Origin: Nemertoderma westbladi
Taxonomy: Eukaryota; Animalia; Xenacoelomorpha
Reading direction: 5' to 3'
Length of the DNA stretch: 39,737 nucleotides
Assembly (NCBI GenBank): GCA_032718475.1
Contig: JAUCBJ010008353.1
Span: forward strand, 1 to 39,737
Position numbers and translations under genes: made by a program. Within the stretch, counting starts at the first letter, position 1; each line of letters starts with the position of its first letter. Below the pieces are notes generated by a model. It saw only the letters and a list, made by a program, of their open reading frames with translations. It was not told the origin of the DNA and did not search any database. This document shows positions 36,081-39,737 of the stretch, piece by piece.

Positions 36081-36409
36081 ATAATAAACAGAAGATCACT
36101 CAATGAGTTAGCTCTGGATGTAGCCGAATTTGCCCTTGTTATAGCAAATGAGGCACTCAACCACACCTTTAAAAAACGTATAAATGCTTCATCAACAGAT
36201 TCTTTTGGTCTCTTAGAACTTATTCATATTGTCACTAATCTATAAATAGAGGTTAAATCTCTAGGAATAGCTTGCGGTGAGGTATCTGACCTTGCAAACA
36301 AACTAAAGAAATCTGATGAAAAAGTTAATCTCTAGAGAATAAAATCAAAAACATAGAAAACGTTATAATTATTCAAAGGACACACATTTCAACCCCATCT
36401 AAGAAACGA

Positions 36410-37588
36410 ATGAAAATAAAGAAACTTACTAAAAAAACTACAAAAAGGATAAACTCTAACACAGACAACTGCCATACATCAGACATAGACTCGGACAGTA
36501 GTAACATCCAACAGGAGAGCTCTGGCGGCACTACCACCAGTACTGAATATTTAACTATAGATGAAACTAGCCCGGAAACAACCAACCACACTTCAGGCTA
36601 TATTGTAGGTGCTGATCGAAACATCAATGATGAAGACACAAATAAACAAAGGTGCAATCAAGAGAAGAGGACCTTTGATGAAACACAACAACAACATATG
36701 AATGAACTCAAAGACATTATCTCAATCCCACATCCAAGCACTATTGAAGAAGTAACACACAGTGATTCGGTATGGAAAAAGCATAGTCATTCACATACAT
36801 CTAAATCTCCCAAACTCCCACATAAACCACACATAAAACTTAGTAACACTTTTAGTCCCTTAGATGAAGACTCATACATCGCCACACTTCTACAGCAACA
36901 AAATGATCTTCTGCTTCAAATTATCTCCGAAAACAAAAGTGCTCCTAATCAACGGCCATCTCAACCAACTACATACTCCAAACAGATAACACAAACTTCA
37001 AACAACACCAAAAAGGTAACAATATCTTCTAACAATATCTTACCAGCAGTCTTAAAACACAATAATGACAATGGTACTATTAGACAGAGAGAAAGCAGCA
37101 ACCCATCTCAAAGAAAAACGCCTTCATATTCAAGCCAATCACAAAGAAGAATTCCTTCAAATTTGAATGACTATATAGCAAAGGATATGGATGATAGACC
37201 ATCACCAAGTCGTTACCTCTATAGAGATCAAACATATGTTCCAACAAGGTCACCACTAAGTTATACCTCCAATAAAGCATATATACCGATAAGACCATCA
37301 GCATCATCAAGTAGCAACCTCAATCAAGCACACATACCAATATGGAGAATTATAGTCACGGGTCATCCAATTAACACTTCATCTATATCACTTGCCCAGC
37401 TGTGCCATAAACAAACAGGATCACGTCCAGTCCATGTCTGGGTTAGGGGGATTTCTGGTAGACCAAAGGAAGCCAAAATAACCATAGAAAAATCAGACAT
37501 GAGAACCTACCTGCAACCTGCCATTTGGCCCGGAATAGATCCCCAGGTCAGAGAATTGCTTCCATCACATTTGCACCCCCACTACTAA
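36410..37588 (+). CDS. LINE ORF1 C-terminal portion (low-complexity linker plus RRM-like domain); likely non-functional fragment
   Basis: 392-aa ORF ending IIVTGHPINTS...AKITIEK...LQPAIWPGIDPQVRE, like the 'P..WP.G..VR' end of CR1/RTEX ORF1 proteins; directly upstream of an APE start. Confidence 0.65.
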   Translation: MKIKKLTKKTTKRINSNTDNCHTSDIDSDSSNIQQESSGGTTTSTEYLTIDETSPETTNHTSGYIVGADRNINDEDTNKQRCNQEKRTFDETQQQHMNELKDIISIPHPSTIEEVTHSDSVWKKHSHSHTSKSPKLPHKPHIKLSNTFSPLDEDSYIATLLQQQNDLLLQIISENKSAPNQRPSQPTTYSKQITQTSNNTKKVTISSNNILPAVLKHNNDNGTIRQRESSNPSQRKTPSYSSQSQRRIPSNLNDYIAKDMDDRPSPSRYLYRDQTYVPTRSPLSYTSNKAYIPIRPSASSSSNLNQAHIPIWRIIVTGHPINTSSISLAQLCHKQTGSRPVHVWVRGISGRPKEAKITIEKSDMRTYLQPAIWPGIDPQVRELLPSHLHPHY

Positions 37589-38039
37589 CACAGACAAGAA
37601 AGAGTACATTTTTACAACACGCAAAAATACCACACTAATTATCATATGGGTAACTATAACCCCAATCGTGATCATCACCACAGAGAGGCCCAATACAAAA
37701 ACCAACACCAGCGTTTTTAAATCTCTCACCGATCGAGAATCAAAAATAAACTCCGACTACATCTATCATAACCAACACCATAATAAGTCCTCATTGCACA
37801 ACAATCATAAACACTTTTCTGTAGCAACTTTTAATTGTAAAGGATATATTAGAAACTTAAAGTATATTAATGACTTTATAAATGACTATAAACCTGATAT
37901 GCTAATATTGCAAGAACACTGGATGGGTCCACATCAGGCACAGTTTCATCTAAAGAAAAATAATGATTCCTAGTTATAACTGTTTGGTTCACACAGTATC
38001 TGCTAATATGATGATTAAAAAACCAAGATTCCGGCTCTT

Positions 38040-39737
38040 AGGTTCTTAGGCTCTTAGGGAACTGAAGCGGGCAATAAAGGATGATGAACAAGGAACCATT
38101 CTTAGGATACAGGATAAGGGCTCAAAACGCTTTGTTCTAACCAGTAAGGATAATTACGTAAGTGCAGTTGAAGATTACCTAGGTGACACTAATATTTTCA
38201 TTAAACATAGTAATGATCCTACAGGTAAATACAAGAATAAAATAAAATAATTTGTTAATAAATGGAAAGATACAGTACCAATAATTAAACGTTGTGAAAA
38301 ATGGCTCACAAAGGATGACGTCAAACCTGGAACTGCTTTCGCGAATGTGAAGACACACAAACCAAACTGGCCATTAAGGAATATTTTATCGGCCTGTGGG
38401 ACAGCCTCAGAGAATCTTGGCCGTTTTCTAGAACATTTTTTAAAAAATTTTGCCACTGCACATACAGCATATCTCAAAGACACACGTCATCTAATAAAAT
38501 GGATTCAACAACAGAATAAAAGATTTGCCCCCTTTCCCACTTCAGCAAAACTTATTTCTGTAGACATTACAAACTTCTTCCCTTCAGTGGATAACATAAT
38601 GGGTATTGCAGCAGTTACGAGAACAATTATGGAACACCCAGATTTATTACTAGAAGACTCTCCCCCAGTAGAATGTTTGACTGAAGCTCTAGAATTATGT
38701 TTAAATTGTAATAATTGTAGTTTTAATGGGAAACATTACACACAAGTGGATGGGTCGGCAATGGGCCCATCATACTCTTGCTCTTACACAGACATTTTTG
38801 GTCCTGAATATATTGATACAGCAGTCCGAACTTCACCAAAGCCTCCAGAAGAATGGAAACGATTTAGAGATGATGGAATAGCTATTACACTTGAACAAGA
38901 AGATGAAGATATCGGTATTCTGATTGACCACCTCAACAATACCGTTAAACCTGGGAAAATAAAGTTTAAATTAGAAGAATATGGAAGGAAAATTAATTAC
39001 TTAGATTTAACTATATTTTTTGATGACAATGGAATACTTCAAACAAAAATATACCACAAACCAACAGACGTCCATCAATATATATGTCCGCACTCAGCCC
39101 ATCCGCACAGTCAACTTAAACACGTTCCATATGGGGTTGCCCTACGATTGAGGCGTAACAATACACGAATGGAGGATTTAATGCAAGCACTTTATGAATA
39201 TGGAGCAGCATTCATTGCTAGGGGTTGGAGAATGGCCGATGTTACAACACAATTTGCAGCGGCAGCTATTCAGACACAGTTAGAATCTCTACAAAATGAT
39301 AAAAAACGAAATAAAAGTAAATATACCATATTTTATGTTAGTAACACTGAACCTATATTAGGATCAATACAAAAGATAGTAGACAAACATACACCTATTC
39401 TAAGAACAGACATCAGGACCAAGTAACTCATTGACTCTTATAAAATAGTAAATATTAACCGTAGGGCCCCTACGCTAAAGGGAATTTTAGCTCCATCCAG
39501 TTTAACATCAAAGCAGAAGAACCAGGCAAATACAACACATGCTGGATCTAAAAAATGTACAAGACAGAAATGTATACCATGTGAAGCGATAAAACCAACA
39601 AAACAATTCGGATTAACCTCGACCCGTTTGAAAACTAAATATGAAATTAAACAGCGCCTTACCTGTGATGACAAAGATATAATATATTTAGCAAAATGTA
39701 AAATATGTAACTTACAAGGAATCGGATCAACAGAAAC
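38040..39737 (+). mobile_element. Penelope-like element (Neptune-type), RT plus Cys-rich linker plus start of GIY-YIG; runs off right edge
   Basis: RIQDKGS (~38110), KTHK..WPLR.I.SACGT, DITNFFPSV, QVDGSAMGP, WKRFRDD, INYLDLTI, YHKPTD.HQY, PYGVALRLRRN; KCTRQKCIPC; LTCDDKDIIYLAKCKIC.LQGIGST; in-frame stop near 38250 and disruption near 39426. Confidence 0.95.

Larger units (their letters stand above)
33330..37973 (+). mobile_element. 5' part of an RTEX/CR1-type LINE (ORF1 plus start of APE endonuclease), interrupted by RTE and cut off by a Penelope element
   Basis: ORF pieces 33527..33793, ~36085-36360 (INRRSLNELALDVAEF..coiled coil), 36410..37588, then SVATFNCKG..DMLILQEHW (37668..37973); left boundary approximate. 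Confidence 0.65.

Overview
This is AT-rich eukaryotic (animal, probably marine invertebrate; inferred from repeat families) genomic DNA made almost entirely of nested, mostly decayed transposable elements. There is no prokaryotic operon or CRISPR array. Retroelements: two CR1/L2-group LINE relics (4.05-5.7 kb +; 23.9-29.3 kb -), three copies of one RTE-family LINE, the 5' half of an RTEX/CR1-type LINE (ORF1 plus endonuclease start) and two Penelope-like elements (RT plus GIY-YIG). DNA elements: a Kolobok/Mutator-like DDE transposase pseudogene, three copies of a ~1.5-kb TTAA-specific piggyBac-type non-autonomous element, a hAT-like and a CCGG-ended MITE, plus a tRNA-derived SINE. Several young tandem arrays (22, 30, 34, 38 and 19-21 bp units) are present, at least two clearly born from reverse-transcriptase coding sequence. 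The best non-TE coding candidates are an intronless secreted 10-Cys protein (14573-15088, -) and an open coiled-coil ORF running off the left edge (1-562, -). The most unusual structure is a head-to-tail ~1.7-kb duplication joined by a ~165-bp hairpin that folds well on only one DNA strand (GC-GTA-GC triloop, two tandem G.A pairs). All family assignments are from motif recognition by eye, not database searches, and some boundaries are approximate.
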